The notes beneath the pieces are model-generated. The model did not search any database. It worked only from the letters and a program-made list of their open reading frames with translations, and was not told the origin of the DNA. A stretch of DNA of 64,000 nucleotides, taken from contig DATHOE010000034.1 in assembly GCA_035485275.1 (NCBI GenBank), positions 93,677 through 157,676 on the forward strand, given 5' to 3'. This DNA is from a bacterium. Its GTDB lineage: Bacteria > Oederibacteriota > JAJYGY01 > DAIDJD01. Position numbers and translations under genes: made by a program. Of the stretch, positions 16,651-26,918 are shown one piece after another. How positions within the stretch are numbered: position 1 is the stretch's first letter; each line of letters starts with the position of its first letter.

Positions 16651-16788
16651 CGGTTTTCAGCTCGATAATTTTTTAAAAACCTTCGCCATAAAGATCATCG
16701 GAGATCGGATAATCCGACAGATATTGAGGTCAGGTTCAAGGGGGGTCAACTTGTAATTTAACGCCCAGCGGAGGCCCCGGGCTCGGCG

Positions 16789-16817
16789 TTGACAGCGGGG
16801 GGGAGGGGCGCAAAAAT
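16789..16817 (+). promoter_or_regulatory. candidate sigma70-type promoter (TTGACA - 17 nt - AAAAAT) upstream of the FkbM methyltransferase gene
   Basis: TTGACA at 16789..16794, 17-nt GC-rich spacer, A/T-rich hexamer at 16812..16817; located in divergent intergenic region. Confidence 0.35.
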
Positions 16818-16872
16818 ATACTGGTACTTTGGCCCTCAGATCGGGCTGCTTTGATGCATTGGAGCGGGGACA

Positions 16873-17772
16873 ATGGGATTTTTTGGAAGCCTGAATTTTG
16901 TCGTGAAACATCCGTTCAACCAGGGACATTCCTTTTCTGCGGTCAAAAGATACATAAACTGGCAGATCGCCTGCCGCTTGGCGCCCGGCGCCTTGGTTTG
17001 CCCGTGGGTGAACGGCACCAAACTGGTGGCCGGCCCGGGCGACCATGGCGTCACGGGCAACATCTATTGCGGACTGCATGATTTCGAGGACATGGCCTTC
17101 GTGCTCCACGCGCTGCGTCCCGACGACCTGTTCCTGGACATCGGAGCCAACGCCGGCAGTTACACCGTCCTGGCCTGCGGAGCCGTCGGCGCCAGGGGGA
17201 TCTGCATCGAGCCGGTCCCCGCCACCTTCTCGAAACTGCTCCTGAATATCAGGGTCAACGACCTCGGCGGACGGGTGCGAGCATTGAATGTGGGCGTGTC
17301 CGACAAGGCCGGAGTCCTGCTCTTCAGCACCGCGGAAGACGCGATGAACCATGTGGTCGAGGGGACCAAGGAGGGCACGGTCAGCGTCGAAACTCGGACC
17401 CTGGACGCGATCCTGGGCGAAGAGACTCCGGCCATCATCAAATTGGACATTGAAGGCTTCGAACTTCCGGCCTTGCGCGGAGGGAGCGCACTGTTTTCCC
17501 GTACGGGCCTGCAGGCCGTGATCATGGAGCTGAACGGGAGCGGCGAGCGTTACGGCTTCGACGAGAAGGACATCCTGCGCATGATGTCTGAATTCGGCTT
17601 TGAACCGGGCCTTTATGTCCCTGAAACGCGGCGGATAGCGGCCTTGGCGACGCCGAACAGAAAAGGGAACACGCTCTTCGTCCGCGACCGGGACAGGCTC
17701 GCCGGCCTGTGCCGGCAGGCCCCGGCTGTGGAGATATTCGGCGGGACCTATTTACGCCCGCCCAACGCGTAA
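16873..17772 (+). CDS. FkbM-family methyltransferase
   Basis: LFLDIGANAGSYTVLA ... IIKLDIEGFELPAL motifs typical of FkbM family. Confidence 0.8.
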   Translation: MGFFGSLNFVVKHPFNQGHSFSAVKRYINWQIACRLAPGALVCPWVNGTKLVAGPGDHGVTGNIYCGLHDFEDMAFVLHALRPDDLFLDIGANAGSYTVLACGAVGARGICIEPVPATFSKLLLNIRVNDLGGRVRALNVGVSDKAGVLLFSTAEDAMNHVVEGTKEGTVSVETRTLDAILGEETPAIIKLDIEGFELPALRGGSALFSRTGLQAVIMELNGSGERYGFDEKDILRMMSEFGFEPGLYVPETRRIAALATPNRKGNTLFVRDRDRLAGLCRQAPAVEIFGGTYLRPPNA

Positions 17773-17814
17773 ACGAGTTTTTGGGCGGGCGATTAGCGGA
17801 ACGCCGTGAAAGGG

Positions 17815-17843
17815 CTTTGAATATCCGGGTCGGCCAATATAAT
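17815..17843 (+). promoter_or_regulatory. candidate promoter (-10 TATAAT at 17838..17843) upstream of the metallophosphoesterase gene
   Basis: TATAAT about 57 nt upstream of GTG 17901, weak -35 CTTTGA 17 nt upstream; followed by small inverted repeat CTCCGG-N8-CCGGAG. Confidence 0.3.
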
Positions 17844-17900
17844 AAGGCTCCGGGACGCCGGCCGGAGTCCTGACAAAAACGTCGGCAAAGGACTTGGGTT

Positions 17901-18590
17901 GTGCCTGCAGAAGACAAACGCGACATCATCGTGATTCCGGACGTGCATGGCAGGGAGGACGTGCTTGAAGCCATGCTGCGCGCCACCAACTTCGTCGATG
18001 GCGAGGGAAGGCTGACGCCGTCCGACACATGGCTGGTGCAGCTGGGGGACATCCTGGACCGCGGCCCCCGTCCGCGGGCCTGCGTGGAACGGCTGATGTC
18101 CATTCAGCAGCAGGCGCCGTCCCGGGTGACAGTCCTTAAGGGCAACCATGAGGAGATGGCCCTGCACGCCGACGACCCGGCGGTGAAGCGCCTGTGGCTG
18201 CTCAACGGCGGCGGAAGCACCTTGGACGACTATGAGGGCGAGTTCGAACGCTTTCTTTTGCCAGGCGGGAAACATTATCAATGGCTCGACGGCCTGCCAC
18301 TTTTTTTCGAGTTCAAGAACGTCCTGTTTTGCCACGCCGGATTGGGGAAAAAACGGAAGGGGCGCCTGGAGGCCGATGGAGTGCTCTGGGACCGTCCGCC
18401 CCTTGAACGAGGACCTTACCGGGCCGTTGTTTGCGGGCACACGCCCACCGCCAGCGGCCACATTGAGGAGGTCGCGGGGGTCTGGCGCTGCGATCTGGGC
18501 TTGGGTCACGGCACGGAAAAGGCCCTGGAGGTCCTGGTCTTGACCGTGGGCGATTCGACCTTGGCGTCCCGGATAGTGCATTTCACCTAG
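17901..18590 (+). CDS. calcineurin-like metallophosphoesterase (PPP-family Ser/Thr-type phosphatase / ApaH-like)
   Basis: Metal-binding motifs PDVHGRE (GDxHG-like), LGDILDRG (GDxxDRG), LKGNHEE (GNHE), CGHT. Confidence 0.75.
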   Translation: MPAEDKRDIIVIPDVHGREDVLEAMLRATNFVDGEGRLTPSDTWLVQLGDILDRGPRPRACVERLMSIQQQAPSRVTVLKGNHEEMALHADDPAVKRLWLLNGGGSTLDDYEGEFERFLLPGGKHYQWLDGLPLFFEFKNVLFCHAGLGKKRKGRLEADGVLWDRPPLERGPYRAVVCGHTPTASGHIEEVAGVWRCDLGLGHGTEKALEVLVLTVGDSTLASRIVHFT

Positions 18591-18659
18591 TCCTACCGTA
18601 TAATTGCCCCCGATTTTCCTTGGTACCTAAGGTTTTTGAACCGTTCAGGAGATCGAATC

Positions 18660-19847
18660 GTGCCCAATTCCAGGTCCCTTTCTCGGTTCAGCGGCAAAGC
18701 GGGCCAGGACATTTCGGTATTGCATGTGATCGGCAGCCTCTCCGGCGCGGCCGGAGGCCCAAGCCGATGTGTTCCGGATCTATGCCTCGGCAGCTCCGCA
18801 GCCGGCATAAGGGTCGGGATCGCGTTCATGGACGGGGCAGGTGAGCTGTCCATGGAGGCCAAGCGCCTGCCAGGCCACGGCGTCCGGTGCCATCCCCTGC
18901 GTCTTTGGGACGCGCCTTGGGCTCTATGGCGGATTGCGCGGGATTACGACGTCGTGCACGTCAACGGCGTCTGGAGTTTTTTGCCCACCTTGGGCTGCCT
19001 GATCGCCCGGCTGCGGCATAAACCGCTGGTGGTGGCCCCACACGGCATGCTGGAACCCTGGTCCTTGGCCAAAAAAAGGCTGAAAAAAAAGTTGGGACTC
19101 TGGCTTTACCAGGGCAGGGTGCTGCGTATGGCCTCGGTATTGCAGGCCACGGCCGCGAGCGAAGCGACCAATATCCGGGACCTTGGACTCGGGAACCCGG
19201 TGGCGGTCATCGCCAACGGCGTCCAAATTCCGGCCATCAAGGGCAGCCTTGCGCGGCTTAAGGGGAAGGCGCGGCGCCTGCTCTTCCTTTCGCGCATCCA
19301 TCCCAAGAAAGGCGTCTTGGAATTGGTGCGGGCTGTGGCGGCCCTGCGCACGATCATAGGGGACGGGCATTGGATCGTGACCGTCGCCGGGCCCGACGAG
19401 GGTGGCCATCTAGCCGAAGTGCAGGCGGAGGCGCAGAGGCTCGGCGTCCTATCTTTCTTTGAGTTTCCCGGTTCCGTCGAGGACGAGGAAAAATGGTCCC
19501 TTTACCGCTCCGCGGACCTTTTTGTGCTTCCCACTTACAGCGAGAATTTCGGCTTGGTGATCGCCGAAGCCCTGGGCTGCGGCGTGCCGGTGGTGACGAC
19601 GCAGGGGGCTCCGTGGAGCGAATTGGAGAGCCATCACTGCGGCTGGTGGCACCCTATCGGCCAGAAGAACCTGGAAGCGGCGCTCAAAGAGGCGCTGCTT
19701 TGCCCTCCCCGGACCCTGAAGGCGATGGGCGGACGGGGCCGTAAACTGGTCCAAAAACGCTACGGATGGGACCTGGTGGTGGCCCAGCTGGAGCAGCTAT
19801 ACCTGTGGGTATTGGGAAGGCGGGGCAGGCCAGAGGGGCTTCATTAA
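18660..19847 (+). CDS. glycosyltransferase family 4 (GT-B)
   Basis: VLHVIGSLSGAAGG N-terminus, C-terminal VLPTYSENFGLVIAEALGCGVPVV (EX7E-type motif); GTG at 18660 preceded by AGGAGA. Confidence 0.8.
   Translation: MPNSRSLSRFSGKAGQDISVLHVIGSLSGAAGGPSRCVPDLCLGSSAAGIRVGIAFMDGAGELSMEAKRLPGHGVRCHPLRLWDAPWALWRIARDYDVVHVNGVWSFLPTLGCLIARLRHKPLVVAPHGMLEPWSLAKKRLKKKLGLWLYQGRVLRMASVLQATAASEATNIRDLGLGNPVAVIANGVQIPAIKGSLARLKGKARRLLFLSRIHPKKGVLELVRAVAALRTIIGDGHWIVTVAGPDEGGHLAEVQAEAQRLGVLSFFEFPGSVEDEEKWSLYRSADLFVLPTYSENFGLVIAEALGCGVPVVTTQGAPWSELESHHCGWWHPIGQKNLEAALKEALLCPPRTLKAMGGRGRKLVQKRYGWDLVVAQLEQLYLWVLGRRGRPEGLH
19071..19090 (+). repeat. A7 and A8 homopolymeric tracts inside GT4 coding sequence
   Basis: gccAAAAAAAggctgAAAAAAAAgttg read directly; encodes KKRLKKK. 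Confidence 0.85.
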
Positions 19848-19994
19848 AAGAAGGCAAGCTGGGGGGCTAGACTGGGATACCCGCTTAAAGTAAAATTACG
19901 CCCAGCTCGTTTTTGTTTCACAATCCCTGCCTGTTCTTCCGCGGCCTTCTTGTTCCACAAGAACCTGCGTGAAAAGGCTGAAAAGGCGACTACG

Positions 19995-20717
19995 ATGTTT
20001 CTTGGCGGGAGAATAAAGGCCCGGCTCGGATCGCGGGTTTGGTTTTGCATGTGTGCGGCGGCCGTTTTGATCATAAGCACCACGCCTGGCTTCGCCTCCG
20101 GCTTTTCCCAATCATCGAATGACTTTACGCTGTTCAACGGCGCGGATTATCCGCCCTTTCTTATCGGCCCCGGGGACATTTTGACCGTGTCGGTCTATGG
20201 GGAGAAGGATTTTCCAGACAGGTATCTGGTCGAGTCCTCAGGCAAGATCGTTTTGCCGCTTGCAGGCGAGGTCAAGGTGGCGGGCCTCACCCAAGCCCAG
20301 GCCGGCGCCGCCCTTGCGCGCCACCTTTTGCCCTTTGAGAGAAATCCCCAGGTCACGGTCCTGATCGCCGAATCCAACAACTATAACGTGTCGATCCTGG
20401 GGGCTGTGGCCCACCCGGGGAAATACCCCATCCATGGGAAAGCGGATTTACTGGATATTTTGGCTGATTCGGGCGGACCGACGGACCAAGCGGCCCTGAA
20501 CAATGCCGTTTTGATCCGACGTAACAGGCGCATTTCTTTACCCCTCAAGCAGTACCTTTTGGATACGGACTCCACCGTGTCACAGCCCCTGTTGTACCCC
20601 GGAGATGTCATAGTGGTGCCGGAAACCATCTGGCCGAGCCTGGCCGAATGGGGCATCATCGCGAGCATCATCACCAGCGGAGTGCTTGTATACGCCGCCA
20701 TTGAGAATCGCCCGTGA
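19995..20717 (+). CDS. polysaccharide export protein, OPX/Wza-like (short form)
   Basis: Signal peptide, PGDILTVSVYGEKDF (Poly_export motif), SLBB-like segment, C-terminal TM helix; ATG at 19995 (residue 16 of ORF 19950). Confidence 0.75.
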   Translation: MFLGGRIKARLGSRVWFCMCAAAVLIISTTPGFASGFSQSSNDFTLFNGADYPPFLIGPGDILTVSVYGEKDFPDRYLVESSGKIVLPLAGEVKVAGLTQAQAGAALARHLLPFERNPQVTVLIAESNNYNVSILGAVAHPGKYPIHGKADLLDILADSGGPTDQAALNNAVLIRRNRRISLPLKQYLLDTDSTVSQPLLYPGDVIVVPETIWPSLAEWGIIASIITSGVLVYAAIENRP

Positions 20718-22684
20718 ACAATCCCTCCCCCGGATTTACGCCCGCCGATCACAAGGGAATACGTCCCAATACGCGGTCATCCGTTCAGGCCGACGGCGCA
20801 CATCTTGGTTCGGAGTTGGCCGACATCCTTCGCTTGGTCCTCAAACATTGGAAGCTGATGTTGTTGGTCCTGCTGGCGGTGGCCTTGTCGGCGCTGGCCT
20901 ACGTGGAGACCGCGGTCCCCATGTGGCAATCCACGGCGACGGTCAAACTGCCGGTGGCGGACACGACCGGCGACCCGATGGAACAGCTGCTGCAGATGAA
21001 TTCCGCCAACGACCCCGTTGAAACCTATATGGAGGTCGCGAAGAGCCTCAATGTCGCTCTTCGCGTTGCACGGGATCTGGATTTGACGAATACGGCCCAG
21101 TTCGGGGGGGCCAAGGATTTGACCGCGGTCGCCGGGGCCCTTATCAACTCATTCTCGGTCACGACCGTGGAAGGGAGCAACATCCTCTCCTTCCGGGTGC
21201 AGGCCAGCGACCGGAGGTTGGCGGCGAGGCTCGCGAACGCGTGGGCGCAGGCGTTCATAGACGTCAACCTCGATTTCAACCGCACAGGGGCCGACAGCCG
21301 CCGTAATTTCATCGAGTCCCAAATGGCCGCGCTGAAGGTGACCCTAACCAACGGGGAAGAGGCCTTGACGAAGCTCGCCCAGCATCAGGGCGTTCTCCAT
21401 CAGGCGGGCGGCGAAACCCAGGATCAAGGCGAATCCCTGATCGCCGAGCTGCAGATGAAGGCCGAGGATCTGGAGATTGAGCGTAGCACGCTGGCGACCC
21501 GCTATAGTCCGAATAATCCTCGCTACAAGGAAGTGGACGCGGAGTACCGTGAAGCCGAGAGGGAGCTGCAACGACGGATGCTCCAAATGCCGACCCAGGA
21601 GATGGATTATTCCCGCTTGGCCCGGGAAGTCAAAGCGAACGAAGCGATGTACGACCTGCTTCTTGAAAAAGACCAGGAAACCAGGATTTCCGAGAATGTG
21701 GACGACAGCGGGATTGTGGTCGTGGACACGGCCCTCCCGGCCAACACCCCTTTTAGTCCGCAAAAAAAGCGGATCGTTTTGTTGGGCCTGCTGGTCGGGC
21801 TTCTGCTGAGTTTTTCCGCGGCATGGAGCCTGGAGCGCTGGCTCGACCAAGTCGGAGGCGAGGCGGAGCTCTTCCGTTTGAGCGGCCTGCCGGCCCTGGC
21901 CATGATCCCGAATTGGCGTTATGAGCTCAAAAGCACCCAGGCGGCCGGCGCGAAGCAGAAAGCCGGAGGCCCCTCCGAAGAAGGGCTTCCCCAGCAGGAA
22001 ATGGAAGGCTTGATCATCATGCCGTCCCTGAAGAACACCTACTACAGCGAGTCCTTCAAGATGCTGCGGACCAATCTGGCCTTCAGCCAGGTCGACAGGC
22101 CCATCAAGACTTTTTGTGTCCTGTCCGCGAACGCCTCCGAAGGCAAGACGACAATAAACTCCAATCTGGCGCTGACGCTGGCAGCGACCGGCAAAAAGGT
22201 GCTGCTGGTGGACGGCGACCTTCGCAAACCGAGGCTGCACAAGCTTTTCGGTCTGAAGGTCGGTTCGGACGTCGGGCTGCCTTTTTTGCTGAACGGGCAG
22301 GCCACCTTGGAGTCCCAGCTGCGCCAGGGTCCGGTTCCGGAATTGTCGATACTGCCCTGCGGGGTGATCGTCCCGAACCCGTCCGAACTCATGGCGTCCG
22401 CCATCCTTGAGAAGATCCTGCAGACTATGCGTGAGCGCTTCGATTACGTGATATTCGACGCCGCGCCTATTCTGCCCGTGACGGACGGCGTGGTGTTGGC
22501 GACGCGTTTGGACGGCGTCGCCCTCGTCGTGAAGCACGAGGGCACCCGCCGCCTCGAGTTGCGGGTGGCCTTGGAGCACTTGGCTTCGGCCAAGGCCCCG
22601 GTCTTGGGCACGATCTTGAATTCGGTGGATATGAGGAAATATTCCTACACCTACGGATACAAAAGCCAATCTTATGGGGATTAG
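20714..22684 (+). CDS. wzc: polysaccharide co-polymerase / BY-type tyrosine autokinase (Wzc-like)
   Basis: N-terminal TM plus coiled-coil chain-length domain; Walker A SANASEGKTT, A' VLLVDGDLRKP, Walker B DYVIFDAAP; C-terminal tyrosine cluster KYSYTYGYKSQSYGD. Confidence 0.85.
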   Translation: MNNPSPGFTPADHKGIRPNTRSSVQADGAHLGSELADILRLVLKHWKLMLLVLLAVALSALAYVETAVPMWQSTATVKLPVADTTGDPMEQLLQMNSANDPVETYMEVAKSLNVALRVARDLDLTNTAQFGGAKDLTAVAGALINSFSVTTVEGSNILSFRVQASDRRLAARLANAWAQAFIDVNLDFNRTGADSRRNFIESQMAALKVTLTNGEEALTKLAQHQGVLHQAGGETQDQGESLIAELQMKAEDLEIERSTLATRYSPNNPRYKEVDAEYREAERELQRRMLQMPTQEMDYSRLAREVKANEAMYDLLLEKDQETRISENVDDSGIVVVDTALPANTPFSPQKKRIVLLGLLVGLLLSFSAAWSLERWLDQVGGEAELFRLSGLPALAMIPNWRYELKSTQAAGAKQKAGGPSEEGLPQQEMEGLIIMPSLKNTYYSESFKMLRTNLAFSQVDRPIKTFCVLSANASEGKTTINSNLALTLAATGKKVLLVDGDLRKPRLHKLFGLKVGSDVGLPFLLNGQATLESQLRQGPVPELSILPCGVIVPNPSELMASAILEKILQTMRERFDYVIFDAAPILPVTDGVVLATRLDGVALVVKHEGTRRLELRVALEHLASAKAPVLGTILNSVDMRKYSYTYGYKSQSYGD

Positions 22685-22758
22685 CGACAAGTGTCGCGGG
22701 CGCAACCCGGTGGCGCCCGTCGACAAGGAGCATTTACAGTTAAGACGAAGGGGCGGCG

Positions 22759-24069
22759 ATGGGATTGTTGTCAAAAAGTGAGATTGGGCCGGCCGGAGTT
22801 TCCAAAAAAAAGAAAATCAGGCCACCTCACTTGAGTTCGGCGGCGGGCAGCGCGGGGCACGCCAGGGAAAAGGCGCTGGTCGTCACCTACAATCACGGGC
22901 TCAACGACCCGCCCATCAAGCAAGCCGCCGAAAGTCTCGCTGCCGAAGCTTACCAGGTCACGCTTTTGCAATCCCCCGTGCGACGGGCTTTTCCGACCGA
23001 GGCCCCGAAGGGGGTGTCGGTCGTGGAGTACTGGATGCCACGGCGCGGCGGGGGATTGAACAGTCTGGTTCGCTGGCTCAGTTTCTGGCTGTCCGTCAAA
23101 CGGGCCCTAAAGGACCTGAAGCCCGACGTCGTGGTCGCGTTCATGCCCCCGAGTTTGGCGGCGATGCCCGGCTTCCTGAAGCGCGGGAATGTGGTCGCCT
23201 GCATCTACGACGTCCCCGCCCTGAACACAATGGGGAGGCTGGACCGATGGATCTTCACGCGCGGGTTCCGCTTTTTGAAGAACGCCGGCGTTACCTGGTG
23301 CAGCGACTATTTCAGGGCGGTATTGACCAAGGATCTGGCCGACCTGAAAACGCTGCCGCTGGTCTGCCATAATTGCCCCCCGAAGGACTACTTCCACGCC
23401 CTACCGGCGGCCAGGGATCCCTGGCTCAGGAGGGAGCTCATCAAACTGGGGGCCCCCCTGAATCCCAAAGGCGGCGGCTGCATCCTGTTGAGGGCTGGCG
23501 CCATCGGCGAGTCCTGCGGGCTGGATGAGACGCTGGAGGCCATGTCCGGACTTCCCAAGGATTACGTTTTTCTCATGATGGGACGCCCGGATCCCGGCTT
23601 TTTGGAAGCGCTCAAAGCCAGGATCAAGGGGATGGGACTGCAGAACCGCGCCTTCGTCTGGAACCTGCCTTCGGATGAAGTGTGGAAGAAAGCCCTGATA
23701 GGGGCCGACATCGGGCATGTGATCCACGGCCCCTTCCAGTCGGCGGCCCTTCAGGAACAGTTTAAGTTGAATTCCAGCCTCTCCAATAACCGGATCTTCC
23801 AGTACATGGCCGCCGGGCTTCCTGTTCTCGCCTATGACGACCCCAGAATGTCGGGCCTGTACAAGGAAGTGGGCTGCTTTCGTTCGGCCCGGATCCTGAA
23901 TCTGCGCGAGGACCTGGAGGCCCATTGGAGGGAACTCGGCGCCTCGGCGGCCCTGCGCCGCCGGCTTGGACTCCGGGCGAGGCGCGCCCACCTGAAAAAG
24001 TATTGCTGGGAATATCAGTTCGCGCCGGTGCTGCAGGCCGTCCACGGACGCGCCGTGGAGCCCGCGTGA
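22759..24069 (+). CDS. glycosyltransferase (GT-B fold, family 1/4-like)
   Basis: C-terminal NRIFQYMAAGLPVLAYDDP-type motif and GT-B organisation; weaker N-terminal similarity. Confidence 0.6.
   Translation: MGLLSKSEIGPAGVSKKKKIRPPHLSSAAGSAGHAREKALVVTYNHGLNDPPIKQAAESLAAEAYQVTLLQSPVRRAFPTEAPKGVSVVEYWMPRRGGGLNSLVRWLSFWLSVKRALKDLKPDVVVAFMPPSLAAMPGFLKRGNVVACIYDVPALNTMGRLDRWIFTRGFRFLKNAGVTWCSDYFRAVLTKDLADLKTLPLVCHNCPPKDYFHALPAARDPWLRRELIKLGAPLNPKGGGCILLRAGAIGESCGLDETLEAMSGLPKDYVFLMMGRPDPGFLEALKARIKGMGLQNRAFVWNLPSDEVWKKALIGADIGHVIHGPFQSAALQEQFKLNSSLSNNRIFQYMAAGLPVLAYDDPRMSGLYKEVGCFRSARILNLREDLEAHWRELGASAALRRRLGLRARRAHLKKYCWEYQFAPVLQAVHGRAVEPA
22804..22811 (+). repeat. A8 homopolymeric tract near the 5' end of the glycosyltransferase gene
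   Basis: tccAAAAAAAAgaaaatc read directly, codons 15-18 (KKKK) of ORF 22759. Confidence 0.85.
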
Positions 24070-24097
24070 CGGCCAGCCGTTCGCTCCCCAGGGGCGC

Positions 24098-25603
24098 ATG
24101 AGAAGCCGCCGCATCTTGTCGGCCTATGGCAGCAGTTTGCTGGGGCTATTCTCCGGCATCCTGACCAATTTTTGGTTCCTCAAGGTCCTGACATCCCAAC
24201 TGTCGAAAAACGAATTCGGCCTTTACGCCTATGTACTGCAAATCACCGCCTATTTCGGTTTTTTGCTGCTCGGCATCGATTTCGCCGCCTCTCGCGACAT
24301 AGCCAAGAATCTGGCGCTGGGGCGCCAGGATGAGGCCTTCAGCGCCTACCAGGTGCTGGGACGTTTCAACAGGATCGCCGGGGCCGTATGCGCCGCCGGA
24401 ACCGTCATCCTGGCCCTGGTGATCCCCCGCCTGGGCTTGCGCGGCTGGGACCAGCCTTCGGTGCTTGTCGGTTTGACCCTGTTGGTGGGGTTCTCCCAGG
24501 TCCTCGGTTTTTTCCAGGTCACGCCCTCCGCGGCGCTCATCGGATCGCAACAGCAATGGATCGTCAACCTCCTGACCACGCTCAGGAGCGTCGCAACCAC
24601 ACTGCTGGCCTACGCGCTGCTTGAGGGCGGGGCCGGGATCTACTGCATCGCGATCGCGGGCGTGGTGACCGCGGCCCTGCACCTTTTGTGTTCCGACATT
24701 CTTTGCCGCAAATATTGCCCGTGGACCGTGGACCCGTCCCGGAAGACGCTGTCGCGCGAGAAGTTCAAGGAGCTGTTCCAGTTCGGGGGCCTGAACCATC
24801 TCGGCTATATGGCCTGGACCGTGGAGTCCACCAGCGACGTCTTCCTGCTGGGCGCCTACGGCGGGCCCGAGGCCGTAGCGATATACGTGCTTTGGTGGCG
24901 CTTTCCGTCCATGCTCATCAGCTTTTGCACCAGGCTGAGCGACGCTGCCTTTCCGACCTGGGTCGAAAGCAGCACCGATCCCGGAAACTCCTCCGCCCGT
25001 CTTTTGGAAAAGGTGGGTATGCTCAGCCTCGGGCTCGGCACCTTGGCCCTTCTCGGGACCGGCCTGTGGCTTCCGAATTTCGTGCGCCTGTGGCTCGGGC
25101 ACGACTATCTGGCCCTGCATCCGCGCTTTTTGGCCCTGGAGATGGGGGCCCTTGTGCTGGTGCGGGTGTTTGGGAACCTGTTCAGCATGTTCTGGCTCTC
25201 CCAGGGCAAGGTGCGCCTCACCACCGGTTTGAGCATCGTGCTCATGGTGACCAAACTGGGGCTGGGCATCGTCTTGACCCGCCTTTATGGCGTGGACGGC
25301 CTCCTGGGTGCCTCGATCATCAACGGCGTCGCCCAGTGCGCCGGCTTGGGCATACCCTTGTACCTGAAAAAGCACTTCAACGTTAAGACGCTGATTTCGG
25401 GCCTGGCGCTCACCGCAGGCGCGCTCCTGCTGGCGATTTGGATCGGCGGGGCCTTCATCCACGACGTTGGACCCTTTGGATTCGGGCTCGGCGTGGCCGC
25501 GACGGCCCTCTTTTGGGGTCTGGTGTGGACCGGGGCCGCCTGGAAGAGCGCGCTCAACAGCAATTTGCGGCAACTTAAGGTGTTCCGGTCCTGGCCCGCC
25601 TAA
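24098..25603 (+). CDS. wzx: Wzx-like oligosaccharide flippase (MOP/polysaccharide biosynthesis protein family)
   Basis: About 500 aa, 12+ TM helices, organisation typical of Wzx/PST family. Confidence 0.7.
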   Translation: MRSRRILSAYGSSLLGLFSGILTNFWFLKVLTSQLSKNEFGLYAYVLQITAYFGFLLLGIDFAASRDIAKNLALGRQDEAFSAYQVLGRFNRIAGAVCAAGTVILALVIPRLGLRGWDQPSVLVGLTLLVGFSQVLGFFQVTPSAALIGSQQQWIVNLLTTLRSVATTLLAYALLEGGAGIYCIAIAGVVTAALHLLCSDILCRKYCPWTVDPSRKTLSREKFKELFQFGGLNHLGYMAWTVESTSDVFLLGAYGGPEAVAIYVLWWRFPSMLISFCTRLSDAAFPTWVESSTDPGNSSARLLEKVGMLSLGLGTLALLGTGLWLPNFVRLWLGHDYLALHPRFLALEMGALVLVRVFGNLFSMFWLSQGKVRLTTGLSIVLMVTKLGLGIVLTRLYGVDGLLGASIINGVAQCAGLGIPLYLKKHFNVKTLISGLALTAGALLLAIWIGGAFIHDVGPFGFGLGVAATALFWGLVWTGAAWKSALNSNLRQLKVFRSWPA

Positions 25604-25775
25604 GGGCCGGCCGGTCCCATAGGTACCCGCGGTTCCCGCGCCCCCCTGAGGCCCCTGGCGACCCGTTTGACCCTATGCTATCGTGTGTGGGTTGCGGTTC
25701 CCGGCGGTGTTTTGTCCGGCCCGCGCGGGGACGGCGGACCGACAGTCCGCATATTTTGGACAGATATGGGAGCAG

Positions 25776-26918
25776 ATGGTGAGAATCGCAATCGCGAGTC
25801 CGGGGCGTTTTCATGTCCTGGATTTAGCGCGGGAATTGCATTCGCTGGGCCACGAGGTGCGTTTCTATTCCTATGTCCCGGGATTTCGTTCAAAACGTTT
25901 TGGACTGCCGGAGGCCTGCGGCCGGTCGATATTCTGGTGGGGCGCTCCCTTGCTCGCGCTGAACAGGGTTCTGGGTTTCCTGGGACTGGGGGCCCCCTTG
26001 AACTCGGTGCAGCGGGCCTGGTGCGACTGGGTCACCTCAACGCGTCTTGAGCCCTGCGACGTGATGATCGCCATGTCCGGTTGTTTCAGCCTGAGCATTG
26101 CCAAAGCGAAAAAACGTTGGAACGCGGTCATTTTGGTCGAGCGCGCCAGCCGCCACATCAACTCCCAGAAGGAGATCCTGGACGAGGTCCACGCCCTCCA
26201 TCCGGGCGCCGCGACCGTGCCCGACGTCGACGTGCACAGGGAACTGAGGGACTACGCCTTGGCGGACCGAATCGTGGTGCCCTCCAGGCACGTGGTGGAG
26301 AGCTTCGTCGAAAATGGGGTTCCGCGGGAACGTCTGTTCCGAAATCCGTTCGGGGTGGACCTTTCGATGTTCTCCCCCACGCCCGTTCCCGCAGGGCCGC
26401 CCACGGTATTGATGGTCGGGACTTGGTGCTACCGCAAAGGCTGCGACCTGCTGGTGGAGGCCTTGCGGGGCCTCGATTTCAGGCTTTTGCACGCCGGCCC
26501 GCTCGGCGACTGCCCTTTCCCCAGCGGGGCAGGCTTTGAGACATTGGGGATTTTGGACCAGACGAAGCTGAAAGAGGTCTATGCCCGGGGCCATATCATG
26601 GCCCTTCCGTCCAGGGAGGAGGGCTTGGCCTTTGTGCAGGCCCAGGCTCTGGCCTGCGGACTGGGCTTGGTCTGCTCCGACCGAACGGGCGGGGACGATC
26701 TAAGGGAGATACTGGAAGATCCCGGCCTGGTGACCGTGGTCAAGACCGGCGACGTCGGGGGACTGAGAGAGGGCCTTCGGCAGGCGATGCGCCTGGCGCA
26801 GTCGAAGAAGGGCCTACGGGACAGCTCCGGGGCTTCCTTGGAAAAGTTGTCGTGGAAGGCCTACGGGCTGCGCTATGACGCTTTTTTGCGGGGCCTGGTT
26901 CCTGCAAAGGCCTTATGA
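25776..26918 (+). CDS. glycosyltransferase family 4 (GT-B)
   Basis: MVRIAIASPGRFHVLDLARELHSLGHEV N-terminus; C-terminal IMALPSREEGLAFVQAQALACGLGLV motif; ATG at 25776. Confidence 0.8.
   Translation: MVRIAIASPGRFHVLDLARELHSLGHEVRFYSYVPGFRSKRFGLPEACGRSIFWWGAPLLALNRVLGFLGLGAPLNSVQRAWCDWVTSTRLEPCDVMIAMSGCFSLSIAKAKKRWNAVILVERASRHINSQKEILDEVHALHPGAATVPDVDVHRELRDYALADRIVVPSRHVVESFVENGVPRERLFRNPFGVDLSMFSPTPVPAGPPTVLMVGTWCYRKGCDLLVEALRGLDFRLLHAGPLGDCPFPSGAGFETLGILDQTKLKEVYARGHIMALPSREEGLAFVQAQALACGLGLVCSDRTGGDDLREILEDPGLVTVVKTGDVGGLREGLRQAMRLAQSKKGLRDSSGASLEKLSWKAYGLRYDAFLRGLVPAKAL

Noticed and set aside
21344-25573. Long minus-strand ORFs (21344..22774, 24146..25573) antisense to wzc and wzx
   Set aside because: Compositional artefacts; no domain signatures, and the sense-strand genes are well supported.
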